Made by a program: the position numbers and the translations under genes. From contig NC_043002.1 of NCBI RefSeq assembly GCF_006345805.1, positions 47,492,001-47,556,000 on the forward strand: a stretch of 64,000 nucleotides of DNA, written 5' to 3'. Under the pieces are notes generated by a model, which was given only the letters and a program-made list of their open reading frames with translations, was not told the DNA's origin and made no database searches. How positions within the stretch are numbered: position 1 is the stretch's first letter; each line of letters begins with the position of its first letter. Positions 38,101 to 46,604 of the stretch are shown here, piece after piece. Source of the stretch: Octopus sinensis (Eukaryota).

Positions 38101-41100
38101 TGATTGAAATGAATTGAATTTCAGCGAATTACTGTGATTCCAACTAGAATATGACATTTTTCTGGAAAAGTAAAGATAGTGGTGTGTTGTGAACCTGTTA
38201 ATATACACTTATTACTATAACAAACATAATGATATCACAAGAAAAATATCTATAAAATGACATGGGAGAAGGTATGGCTATGTGACCAAGAAGTTTGCTT
38301 TGGAAACAAATGGTTCCAGGTTTCAGTCCACTGTTTGAGAAAGCACCATCTGCCACAGCCTCAAGATGACCAATTCTCTGTGACTAGAATTATTCAGTAG
38401 AAACTGTACTGAAGCCCTTTGTAAACATGCATGTGTGCATGCAATTACATTTGCAGTCCTGTTTCAGTATTCGACAAAGCACCTTGCGGTGTTCGCTCAA
38501 GTTCTCTTAGTTCTTTGCACACTGAAATAAAATCGTGCTTTGACCATCTTCACTTTGATTTTCTTTGTGAATTAGTAAATAAAGTACTAATGCAAGATGG
38601 TAGATTAATGGAATGTTAGCATCTCAAACAAAATGTCTTGCCATGTCTATTTTGGTTCTGTGCATTCTGAATTCAAATCCTTCCCCTTGTCAATAGTAAA
38701 AACTGAGTCTGTCAGGATCCGGCATAATGGTCAACAAGTTTGGGGTGTTCTTAAGCAAGTGCCCAAGTACTTTTAATATTCATTCTCTTTCACTAGCACA
38801 TCTGATTGTATGAGACTTTTATATCCCCAAATCTTTTTATGTGTGTGTGTGTGTGTGTGTGTGCGTTTGTAGGCACAGGCATCGTTGTGTGTAGTTAAGA
38901 GGTTCACTTAACTACTACACTGTACATTGTTTAAGCTTCAGTCCCATTACTTGGCATCTTTGGCCAAGTAATGTTGTAGCCCCATGTTGACCAATATCAT
39001 AGTGAATTTGGTAGAAGGAAACTGCTAAGAGCTTACTCTTCTACTTGTTTCAGTCGTTTGACTGTGGTCATGCTGGAGCACCACCTTTAGTCGAATAAAA
39101 TAAACTCCAGGACTTATTCTTTGTAAGCCTAGTATTTATTCTATCAGTCACTTTTTGCTGAACCACTAAGTGATGGGGACATAGACAGACCACCATCGGT
39201 TGTCAAGCAATGTTGGGGGGGCGGGGACAAACACAGACACACACAACAAACACAAAGCTTGTTGTGTATATATTTATGTGTATGTGTGTGTGTGTGCATG
39301 CATGTATGGATGTATGAACATATATTTATATGTAAGTGTGCATATGTGAGTGTGTATATGTATTAGTTTACATTTGCAGTTCTTCAAAAATTGTTCACAT
39401 ATCATGTTGTTGTCATCTTTCCTATCAATTAGTCATTTATTAGCTTTTCTCCTTTGATGACATATGGAATAAAAATATTCCTTGCTTAAAAACCATGGAA
39501 AGGACAGTGACAAGTAGAGCTATAAAATTTATATACATATATAATTTAGGTATATAATAGGTAGAATAACAAAATAATAATAAAAACGTATATATATATA
39601 ATTTATTGATGTATATTAACAAAAGATGTAAACATCATGAAAAGGATGTCTCTAAATAAAAAGAAAACAACCAAAAACTATGTATGGTCTTTGCTTTGAA
39701 CTGAGCTGTGCAAAAATTGGAAAAAAAAATGTAAAAAATAGTGTTATTAATGAACTTTTCTCTGTTCTTATATTTAATATATTAGATGTGTTAGAAAACT
39801 ATATTGCAATGCAATATGATATTCCACAGCCATTATAATTTGTCACTTGTCACACTTGCAATCAAAAATGCAATGAGTGGATCTTTGAAAACATTTATTG
39901 TTCACTAAACACATTATAGAATTAAAAAAATATAAGTGTTATACAATTGCCTAATCACCAGATCCATTTGACAATAATCACATTATTGGAGTCATATTAT
40001 ACAGTCATGGCATGATGAGAGCCATAAACACAATTTCCTATTTGTTCTGATACTGCAATTTGCTCTGTCATTAGTGAAATATTCATGTTAAGAATGAATT
40101 TTTGAGATCATTCTAATATCTAATATTAATCTTAATATTAATCAAAGTTTGTGTGAGAGGGTGAAAATAAATATATCCTAAATTAAAGAAATAATTAATA
40201 GAATTTTAGAAGAAAATAAAACATACTGCAAAGTCCTTTGTGTTTCACTTTTACATCAGACCTCTTTTGGCAGTTTTCTAGTCTCAGTTTGCATTCATTC
40301 GTATATGATATGCCATTCATGCCACATACCTGGAATGAGAACATTGGAGAGAGAAACATGTATAAAATACTATTGTTATAACTTTTTCGCTATTCATACA
40401 TTTAATAAGCAGTAGATGAATTACAGAGACTATATAACAATGTAATATGACATTTCCTGAATCACTATGATTTCTATCTCACTGTATGACAATTAATTTC
40501 ATGCTTTTGATTATTCAAGTAGCTTTTTAATATATTTCCTATTGTAAAATGCTGTCTTATCAACAAGATATTCAAAATTAAGAAATGTGACTTCAATTCT
40601 CATTCAGAATTATCAAAACATGAAAAGTTCCTTCTTTATTTTTTAATTTGGTTTCTATAGTGTAACCAAAGCAGTGCATCTCAGTACCAGATAAGTAACA
40701 CAAACATGTTAGGAGTCTTTATATATATGTTAAAGCCAGATTCTTATTGCTAAAAAACTTGGAGAAATGATTTTAGAACAATCTAATGATAGAGGAAGGG
40801 AAAGTAAGAGAGGACAGAGGTAACAAATGCCAAAGAAGTAACAGATGGAGAGAGGAGAAAATACAAGAAAAGTCAGTAGAATTGAAAACTTTGAGGAGAG
40901 ATGAGGTTATGATTAGGTTTTTGTTATAGCATTTTCTTGTTATTACATCAAGGAAATGTTATAAGAAAACCCCTAAACTTTACTCTCAACATTCCCTTCC
41001 CCTTAGGTATTAACATATTACATTTTTCTCACCCACCTGAATTCTTGAGTCTGCTTTAGAAAATGATGGAAAAAGAGCATAAAAGGGGGATCAATTATCT

Positions 41101-44100
41101 TAAACTGGATAGAATAGATGGCATTCTTAAACTGTGTGTACTAAACAAATGTTATATCAATTAATTTTAAAATACTTCTCTGATTATATAGGACCTTGAT
41201 TGAGCACTCCTCTTTGACGAAAGTTGAAAAACATAAGGCTAATATCCTTTGCATTTGCAATGGCATTTACGAGGTATTAGACTCTTTCTTTTTCTAAACT
41301 TAAGATGATGGAAGTAGCATCATTGTATCATATTAAAAGAATATGTTACAAGTTAGATTTCCCCTCTCTCAGAATCAGTCAGAGGACAACAAGCTGTAAC
41401 TGAAAGCTGGAAAATACTGGAAAATCCTTAATAATAAATACTATCAAACAAAAAGCAACTTCTATGATACATACTGATTTACTTATTTAAGAGAATTTGA
41501 ATATAAACTGATTCTGGTACATAACCGAAGGTCAAAACATTCACTTTACCTTTTATTTGTTTAAGTTATTAGACTGTGGCCATGCTGGGACATAATCCCA
41601 AAGGTTTTAATTAAACAATTCATCCAGTACTTACTTAAGTCTGGTACTAATTCTGTTGGTCTTTTTTACCAAACCATTAATCTATGGGGATTTAAACAAA
41701 CCCACACTAGCTGTCAAAAACAGATGCAAGGACACACACACACACATGCACGCATACACATACACATACATGCATAGAATGGGTTGGGCTTCCATGAAGT
41801 TTCCCTATACTAAATTCACTAGTAAGACACTGGTCAGCCTCAAGCTATATCAAGATACCCTAGCCTAAGGTCACAAGGTGTTGGAGTGAACATGAAACCA
41901 CATGGTTACAAAATAACTACAAAGTCATGCTTGTGCTTACTATATACTGTGCATAGTGTTTTTTCTCTTCTCATTTAAGCTACAATGGTGTTATTACAAC
42001 AACATAAAATTTAATTTGAAAAATGTTACTAATAAGGTTAAGATAGTAAGCCTGTGTCTAAGCATGGTATCTTCAACATGAATTTTATCAATTACTAGCA
42101 GTATCGCCCGGAGTTGCTCAGGTTTGTTTTGACCCTTTAGAATTGGAATTTTTGAAAAGTAAAAATTTTGCATTATGTAGCTTGTTGTTCTCTTGAGGCG
42201 AACATTTTTCTGGTTGAAATACACCGAAAAATGGTGACACAGCAGTCAAAAACTCGTAAAAAATAGGGATTTTCATAGAAAAAAAGCACCTTTTTGGTGT
42301 AAATAATTTTTGGTCTTAACATGGTCCAATTTGAATTTTATCTTCTACGGAATGAAGAGCAGGCCTTCTTCTATCATACTCTCAATTTTCGTCAACTTGA
42401 GCTGCAGGGTCTCGGAGGAGATAGTGTTAGTTGAAGGCTACCAAACCTGCCACACACAGACAACTTCAGCTTTATATATATATAGATTTCTGGGAGTCAG
42501 TAGAGTGCAAAGAATGGATTAATTTTATGTCCCCCAGAAATGTTATATCTTTATTAGCTCTCAGGAACAAGGCATATTTTTTACTTTAAATTCTAAAGCT
42601 GTGGTCTATTTCTATAACATCTCTTGCAATATTTCCTTATACTCAGTTATCTCTTTTCGATAGACTGTTCTTGGTTTCTTCTTTTGAAGTGTTTTCATCA
42701 AGTATCTATGAATCTGTTGTTTTCTCTTTTGTGAAGAGATAAGGAACAAGAAAGGTGAGTTTGTTTCTATTTTATTTGGATCAGAATATGCTTGTTAACT
42801 GGTATTCACTAAGTGTATCTATATCTTGGTCAAGCATAATGTGTCCCTCAGAGTATGACTAGTGAGAACAGACAGCTATCTTTTATGAAAGAGGAGGGAA
42901 ATGATTCACATTTTAAAGTGTTAACAGCAGCAAAGTTGTAGCAGGTTTTTTTGAGAAACACCAGTAGAATACAGACTAATATGGCTTTTAATGAAAATTG
43001 TAAAATATTTTACTGATTTTCTTTGCCAAAGATGTTTAAAGGGAGCATATATTTGGTTTATTTTTGTTTGCAAATACTATAGGATGGGTATTTCTATAGA
43101 ATGTCATTAGTTACTCTGAATTCTACTGAATAAATTATTTTCCTTAACTTGTCTAGGTTGTTATTGAGTGTTCACCAAAATACCAAATCTTACACCTGAA
43201 AACTCTTCAGCTACTAATAAGTTCAGCATTCTGGATATATCCAATTAAATGCAAGAATTACAGAGTTAGTCATGTAATATATGATCAAATGCATTTGAAA
43301 AATGTAATTTAATAATGAAATTCAACTTCGAAGCAATATTCTAAACAAAAGTTGGTAATATTTAAATGTTAATATGTTTATTTGATATATAGTAAGAAAG
43401 GTTTATAATAATTAGATAGGCATTCATGTGTGTACTTATATATACATACACTGGTGCAGATATGCACACACACACACATCCATATATACATACATACATA
43501 CATACATGTATGTATACACATCTGTGGAAAAGGAAGCCCCAAGAAAATATGGGAGGAAGTAGTGGTGAAAAATGATATAAAGAAGCTGAGCCTCACAGAG
43601 GAAATAACATAGGACTGAGATAATTGAGATTTGCAGTGCTTGGGAAGACCCATCCAGCTAATTAAAGTTGAGGCCACAAAAGCATATCCTTTATGTTTAT
43701 GCCCTGATCCTGCATTTAATCTGTTCCTAACAAACCACTCCCCAGCATCTCATCTTTGCAACACCTCCCCATTTGCCCCTAAATATGCTGTCCAACTGCT
43801 GTATTCCTCTCCACTCCATCTCCCAATCTCCCTTGTTGAATATATTCCCTAAAGCATATCCTCCTAACAACCTCTTCCTGCTGCTTGCATACATATATAT
43901 ATATATTATTGTGTCTGGGGAGAGCCATTCTCTTTTAGAGCAAAAACAATATATATATAGTGCCAAAATGAAATGGCGCTGCTCCAGCATGGCCACAGTC
44001 ATTGGACTGAAACATATAAAAGAATATATAATTTTTTATCAGGCAAGTCATACTGACCTTGTGAATTACAAACACAGAACTCCAGAGTAACTCACTGGAG

Positions 44101-44520
44101 CACCACATGCATTTCCCACAAACACTTCAAGATAACTCTTATCATCTAACCAAGGGACATAACACCTAACCTAGCCTAATCCCCTGCCCGTTTTTGTTTC
44201 ACCATCTTTTTTCAGAGCAACCACAAATGAGATATGTCAATTCACCTTCGACAATAGAGAGCAGTCCCCATATTCCTTTCCACATCAGCTATCTCTGATG
44301 AGCATAAGATTATATAATTGGATTGTTACCTAACACTCCATTGTATTCCTAGCATGAAACTGATTGGTAAAATAAGCCGTGATAGATATTTAATACTGTA
44401 CATTTCAGATAATATACCCACTCTATTGACAGATATATGAGTGACTCTTTTCCCTGACTTATGGAGAGTTAGATGACTTATGCATATATATATATATATG
44501 CCTATGTATATGCATGCATG

Positions 44521-44587
<67 letters not shown>

Positions 44588-45360
44588 ATATATATATATG
44601 TACATCAATATATATATACACAAACATACATGCATATATATACACATGTATGAAATAACATACACATGGGAACACACTTAAAAACAAAAACATATACATA
44701 CATACTCACACACATGTGTGCATGTATGAGTGTTTGTGCAAGTATATACTGTGTATATGTGTAATTTTAAAGCTAAAGTATGTTAGTATTAACAATTATT
44801 TAATTGTAAATTATTAAAACACCCATATTCAGAAAAGAGCCATTTAACTGATTGGTATAAAGTCACTCCTAGACTAGTCTGCCTTTTCTGTTGCAACTAA
44901 ATGGTCCCCACTCCTTAGAACTGGCTAGTCTCATGCTACTTCCATTAAGGCACTTGTGACTCATTTGTCTTTCCTACTCCTCTCTTCATGCCAGTTGTGT
45001 CAAATCTTATCAGAGTTTGCACTAAACTCTATGCCCAGTCGTCCTTCTCAGAGCGTATGCCTTCTGGAACTCTTTCCTTGCTTTTGTCTTTCCTGCAGGA
45101 GTTGGTTTGTAATGATTCAACAAGAACATTAATATATTAATCTCACCAATTTCAAAGGCTTGCAAAGGCATGGCAGCCATCCTTTCCTCCAGTTCTAGTA
45201 AGTGAAAAAAAAAAAAAAAAGAAATTAAAAAGGTCTACTTTTTAACTTACTGGATCAAATTCCTCTGAACAAGTTGGGCAGTCACATTCAGCCCTTCCTT
45301 CACGAACTACGCACACTCCGTGGAAATTGCAGTGGTGGTTTAAGCACGGTTGCTTCACAC
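1224..45360 (-). CDS. AGRN: Agrin-like gene, partial: 14 spliced exons, 635 codons; N- and C-termini lie outside the window
   Basis: The exons join in one open frame with matching intron phases. The domain order FS x4 (SG cluster between the 3rd and 4th), GCC-DN linker, laminin-EGF x2, FS, S/T-rich matches agrin. Motifs such as FGCCEDNVT...[34 protein letters not shown] and [15 protein letters not shown] resemble agrin as I know it. Confidence 0.93.
1465..1660 (-). mobile_element. SINE family B copy; others at ~3405-3530(-), 3727-3915(+), 14125-14290(-), 23310-23480(-), 28715-28840(-)
   Basis: Shared core ggcagaattgtta..ttctgagttcaaattc..gactttg(c/t)ctttcatcc..ggggtcaa in all copies. Confidence 0.8.
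2945..3080 (-). mobile_element. SINE with CORE-like domain; second copy ~36790-36935
   Basis: actcattt..cagctgag..gactgg..gtgaagtg..ttgctcaagaacac resembles the CORE-SINE consensus as I recall it. Confidence 0.55.
3120..3380 (-). mobile_element. RTE-clade LINE C-terminal relic
   Basis: Minus strand reads [49 protein letters not shown], a typical RTE post-RT segment. Confidence 0.7.
3997..4140 (-). CDS. AGRN: Agrin exon M (144 nt, phase 1-1): Ser/Thr-rich [48 protein letters not shown]
   Basis: Acceptor ttctacttag, donor GTAAGT; follows the last FS domain as in agrin; an alternative in-frame acceptor lies 18 nt upstream. Confidence 0.82.
4695..6018 (+). mobile_element. Decayed near-full-length mariner transposon (~1.3 kb)
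   Basis: Frameshifted transposase pieces: [13 protein letters not shown] (HTH), [33 protein letters not shown]; degenerate TIRs at ~4700-4730 and ~5985-6016. Confidence 0.92.
6066..6275 (+). mobile_element. RTE-tail SINE/LINE 3' fragment (truncated)
   Basis: ggcacgtaaaaagcacccactacactc..gagtggttggcgttaggaagggcatccagctgtagaaac shared with 17170-17372 and 21940-22128. Confidence 0.85.
7061..7282 (-). CDS. AGRN: Agrin exon L (222 nt, phase 1-1): last FS domain, [18 protein letters not shown]...[35 protein letters not shown]
   Basis: Acceptor catattacag, donor GTAAGT; lies within ORF 7038..7313. Confidence 0.95.
8355..8495 (-). CDS. AGRN: Agrin exon K (141 nt, phase 1-1): laminin-EGF 2, [47 protein letters not shown]
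   Basis: Acceptor tttctttcag, donor GTAAAT; [12 protein letters not shown] motif. Confidence 0.95.
8825..9010 (-). mobile_element. Diverged antisense copy of the RTE-tail family; similar pieces at ~15330-15470, 48150-48330, 61320-61440
   Basis: Reverse complement aaagcacccagtacactctgaatagtggttgggattaggaggggcattcagt matches the tail at 6066-6275. Confidence 0.7.
9895..10056 (-). CDS. AGRN: Agrin exon J (162 nt, phase 1-1): laminin-EGF 1, [54 protein letters not shown]
   Basis: Acceptor ttttgtcttag, donor GTAAGT; 8-Cys laminin-EGF pattern. Confidence 0.95.
10358..12555 (-). mobile_element. hAT Buster/Charlie-type transposon (~2.2 kb) with decayed transposase
   Basis: TIRs CAAGGGTCAGCAAAC (10358) and CTTTGCTAACCCTTG (12541-12555); flanks gtcTAgag / atctggaa (5/8 match, mismatches are transitions); peptides [29 protein letters not shown]. 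Confidence 0.9.
13681..13746. repeat. (GA)n microsatellite
   Basis: Direct read; ~87 nt downstream of the exon I donor. Confidence 0.98.
13833..13925 (-). CDS. AGRN: Agrin exon I (93 nt, phase 1-1): [31 protein letters not shown]
   Basis: Acceptor ctctctctcag, donor GTAAGT; agrin-type GC....GCC.DN.T.A.....GCP linker. Confidence 0.93.
15541..15652. repeat. Fold-back element, ~43-bp arms
   Basis: aaattaccattaagcatcagggcattcatatgccatacccatt and its inverted copy, 2 mismatches. Confidence 0.9.
15895..16336 (+). mobile_element. tRNA-derived SINE family A with internal (TA/CA)n; other copies 51846-52276(-), 41552-41937(-), 38265-38420(+, 5' part), 39031-39235(-, 3' part), ~26820-27175(+)
   Basis: Head with B-box-like ggttccaggttcattccc, body ccttgggcaagtgtcttctactatagcc, tail gactgaaacaagtaaaaga; repeated across the window. 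Confidence 0.88.
17170..17372 (+). mobile_element. RTE-tail SINE/LINE 3' end with (GAT)n tail
   Basis: Nearly identical to 21940-22128; ends ggacgttaaacgacgatgatgatgatg. Confidence 0.9.
17589..17792. repeat. Near-perfect inverted repeat: 88-bp arms, 28-nt AT spacer
   Basis: Arms 17589-17676 and 17705-17792 differ at one position by my reading. Confidence 0.95.
20031..20067 (-). ncRNA. Minimal hammerhead-like motif, variant core CUGUGGA, in a Penelope-like remnant (~19938-20090)
   Basis: ctttt-CTGTGGA-A-GAGC atag GCTC-GAAAC-GTT-aaag. Confidence 0.45.
20197..20343 (-). CDS. AGRN: Agrin exon H (147 nt, phase 1-1): [49 protein letters not shown], extra 6-Cys module
   Basis: Acceptor ctcttatcag, donor GTAAAT; open and in frame; Cys pattern C-x16-C-x6-C-x5-C-x8-CC. 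Confidence 0.88.
21071..21116 (-). ncRNA. Minimal type-I hammerhead ribozyme-like motif, sense to the agrin pre-mRNA
   Basis: gatac-CTGAAGA-A-GGCTG gagggtatat CAGCT-GAAAT-GTT-gtgtt. Confidence 0.55.
21197..22128 (+). mobile_element. 5'-truncated RTE-clade LINE (C-terminus, 3' UTR and (GAT)n tail)
   Basis: Uninterrupted MLRWMCNVS...[20 protein letters not shown]...[18 protein letters not shown]...DRDLWKYAV* within ORF 20999..21526. Confidence 0.92.
22201..22314. repeat. Fold-back element, ~50-bp arms, inside (ATT)n/(AAT)n
   Basis: tgttagtgtt..cttggaatcgaacttggaatcttggggtta versus taacccctagattccaagttcggttccaag..aacactagca. Confidence 0.85.
22381..22426 (+). ncRNA. Minimal type-I hammerhead ribozyme-like motif
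   Basis: gacac-CTGAAGA-A-GGCTG gagggtatat CAGCC-GAAAC-ATT-gtgtt; stem I gacac/gtgtt, stem II GGCTG/CAGCC. Confidence 0.6.
23863..23975 (-). CDS. AGRN: Agrin exon G (113 nt, phase 2-1): [38 protein letters not shown]
   Basis: Acceptor ctcactttag, donor GTTAGT; Kazal [13 protein letters not shown] motif; phase 2 fits exon F. Confidence 0.93.
24533..24755. mobile_element. piggyBac-like MITE
   Basis: ttaa|tcctttaacatt ... aatgctaaaggg|gtaa: degenerate CCCTTT-type TIRs with TTAA-like flanks. Confidence 0.6.
25647..25881. repeat. Inverted repeat (39-bp arms) enclosing short gatatctaccagaaat direct repeats
   Basis: cgctggaaatagcagccaaaatctgactttaaaaccaca at 25647-25685 and its inverse at 25843-25881, 2 mismatches. 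Confidence 0.8.
27775..27895 (-). CDS. AGRN: Agrin exon F (121 nt, phase 1-2): [40 protein letters not shown]
   Basis: Acceptor tttttttcag-type pyrimidine run, donor GTAAGA; not in the ORF track. Confidence 0.93.
28996..29780 (+). mobile_element. Decayed R4/Dong-like LINE 3' fragment between (AAT)n tracts
   Basis: Relics of the LK.E.E.F.IAAQ.Q, ILWD and PD.V..IDVS.P motifs; (AAT)n on both sides. Confidence 0.55.
29844..30875 (+). mobile_element. R4/Dong-like LINE 3' portion with CCHC zinc finger and restriction-like endonuclease
   Basis: [62 protein letters not shown]; flanked by (AAT)n. Confidence 0.88.
31397..31615 (-). CDS. AGRN: Agrin exon E (219 nt, phase 1-1): [73 protein letters not shown]; ends at a GC donor
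   Basis: Acceptor gtcttttcag; complete FS domain; G|GCAAGT is the only nearby donor I found that keeps frame with exon F. Confidence 0.9.
32525..32810 (-). mobile_element. tRNA-derived SINE family C; related element 62678-63045(+)
   Basis: Head gcctagttgttagagcagtggactcgcagtc..ggttcaaatc; block tggcgaac..ctcttt(c)..ccacaactttctctc shared with the 62.7 kb copy. Confidence 0.75.
33670..33784 (-). CDS. AGRN: Agrin exon D (115 nt, phase 0-1): [38 protein letters not shown]
   Basis: Acceptor ctacttcag, donor GTAAGT; Kazal motif. Confidence 0.93.
34081..36600 (+). mobile_element. Decayed RTE-clade LINE with endonuclease and RT remnants
   Basis: [32 protein letters not shown] (EN); [24 protein letters not shown] (RT); [10 protein letters not shown]; many stops and frameshifts. 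Confidence 0.88.
37973..38064 (-). CDS. AGRN: Agrin exon C (92 nt, phase 1-0): [31 protein letters not shown]
   Basis: Acceptor tcaaatacag, donor GTAAAT; FS N-half Cys pattern. Confidence 0.93.
40227..40329 (-). CDS. AGRN: Agrin exon B (103 nt, phase 0-1): [34 protein letters not shown], Kazal half
   Basis: Acceptor ctcattccag, donor GTATGT; Kazal VCG..G.SY.NEC motif; phase fits exon A. Confidence 0.93.
42095..42486 (-). mobile_element. Complete non-autonomous Helitron (392 bp)
   Basis: On the minus strand: A|TCTATATATATATAAAG ... CCTGAGCAACTCCGGGCGATACTGCTAG|T (5' TC, GC-rich subterminal segment, 3' CTAG, A-T target, no TSD). Confidence 0.85.
43520..43660 (+). mobile_element. Diverged RTE 3' coding relic
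   Basis: [28 protein letters not shown] parallels [25 protein letters not shown] at ~21380-21470. Confidence 0.7.
44940..45110 (+). mobile_element. Possible LINE C-terminal relic (LWNSLP-type motif)
   Basis: TKLYAQSSF.. followed by frameshifted [11 protein letters not shown]. Confidence 0.35.
45251..45360 (-). CDS. AGRN: Agrin exon A (110 nt, phase 1-0): [40 protein letters not shown]-half
   Basis: Acceptor ttttttatag, donor GTAAGT; follistatin Cys pattern. Confidence 0.93.
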
Positions 45361-46604
45361 CTATAAAAAATATACTGTTTTATTTAACCAGTCAAACATT
45401 AACAGAAGCTTAATTTTGATTTATTTGGCAAAATATAATGTTGTGAAAGATATAACAAGCAAATTCTAAAACAGTTTAAGAAATCTCTCACCAATCATAA
45501 ACATCATCAAACATATATGTTTAAAAGTGACTGTAGCACTCATAGAATAAAATATGGCAAATGCATTGAATGAAAGATGTGCTGTATTCTATGATTGTAA
45601 ACCACTCTACAGGAAAACTCATTTTGAAAATGAAAATTAATCTAAAGTGTGAATAAATACGTTTTCAAAACTATTGTTTTTCTTGCTATTGTCATCATCA
45701 TTGCCATTATTATTGTGCCATTATAATATTTATTTCATGTTCTTGCTGCTGCTACTTTATCCATTGTCGTTGTTGTATAGCACAACACTGCTTTTCAAAA
45801 AATGGAAAGTGAGTAGCAGAAGCCATACCTGATATGTGACAGAATGTGTCCTTCATAGACTAAGGAAGTGTGTATTTAGTGTCTGAGAATGAGGATGAGG
45901 CAAGCAGACAGGTAGAGTCTGTGAGCCGTATACCTGCCTACAAGCTGGTGTCACAAAATATTAGACATATTGGAACTACAGCTAGAGATGTTGGCACAAA
46001 TATCAAATCTTGATTTATTGTCACCTTTATGCAGCACTATGGAAATGTGGTGAGTGCAGAGGCATCTTGCATCAAATAGTGCTCAAGTAGGGTCTGTACA
46101 GACACCTAGGTTCCTATGATCTCAAAGACAATGAGGCTTTCCTAAAAATGTACCTCACTGAGGAAACAGAGAGATGGTCAATGAAACTGGTGGCACTGAG
46201 ATCTTTCCAGAACACTAGTAATCATAGCCCCAGGAATGGCTGGAGTAGAAACAAGTGAATTCTCTCTTCCAACTTGCCTCTAGTACCAGGGACTGATGAT
46301 GACTATGAAATAGTGATGTATCCTCTTTACATACAAGACAGGCTAGAGATTATGTTTAGCAGAGAGTTTTGGGAGCCTCTGAATGAAAGATGGTTAATAG
46401 AAAACATTTCAGTGATCTGTTAAAAAATGAGAGCTTGCTGAATTGTGAAGGGCCTGAGTGGATGTGGAGACCCTTCATAACTTAGTTAAGGTCATTATTA
46501 TTCAGGGGCAATTTTTGGAAAATCTGCTTTGCGAAAGTGATCAAATTGGGAGAGGGTCAGATCCTTATCATGTACATAATCCTATCTAAGTGGTGGCTTC
46601 TTAC

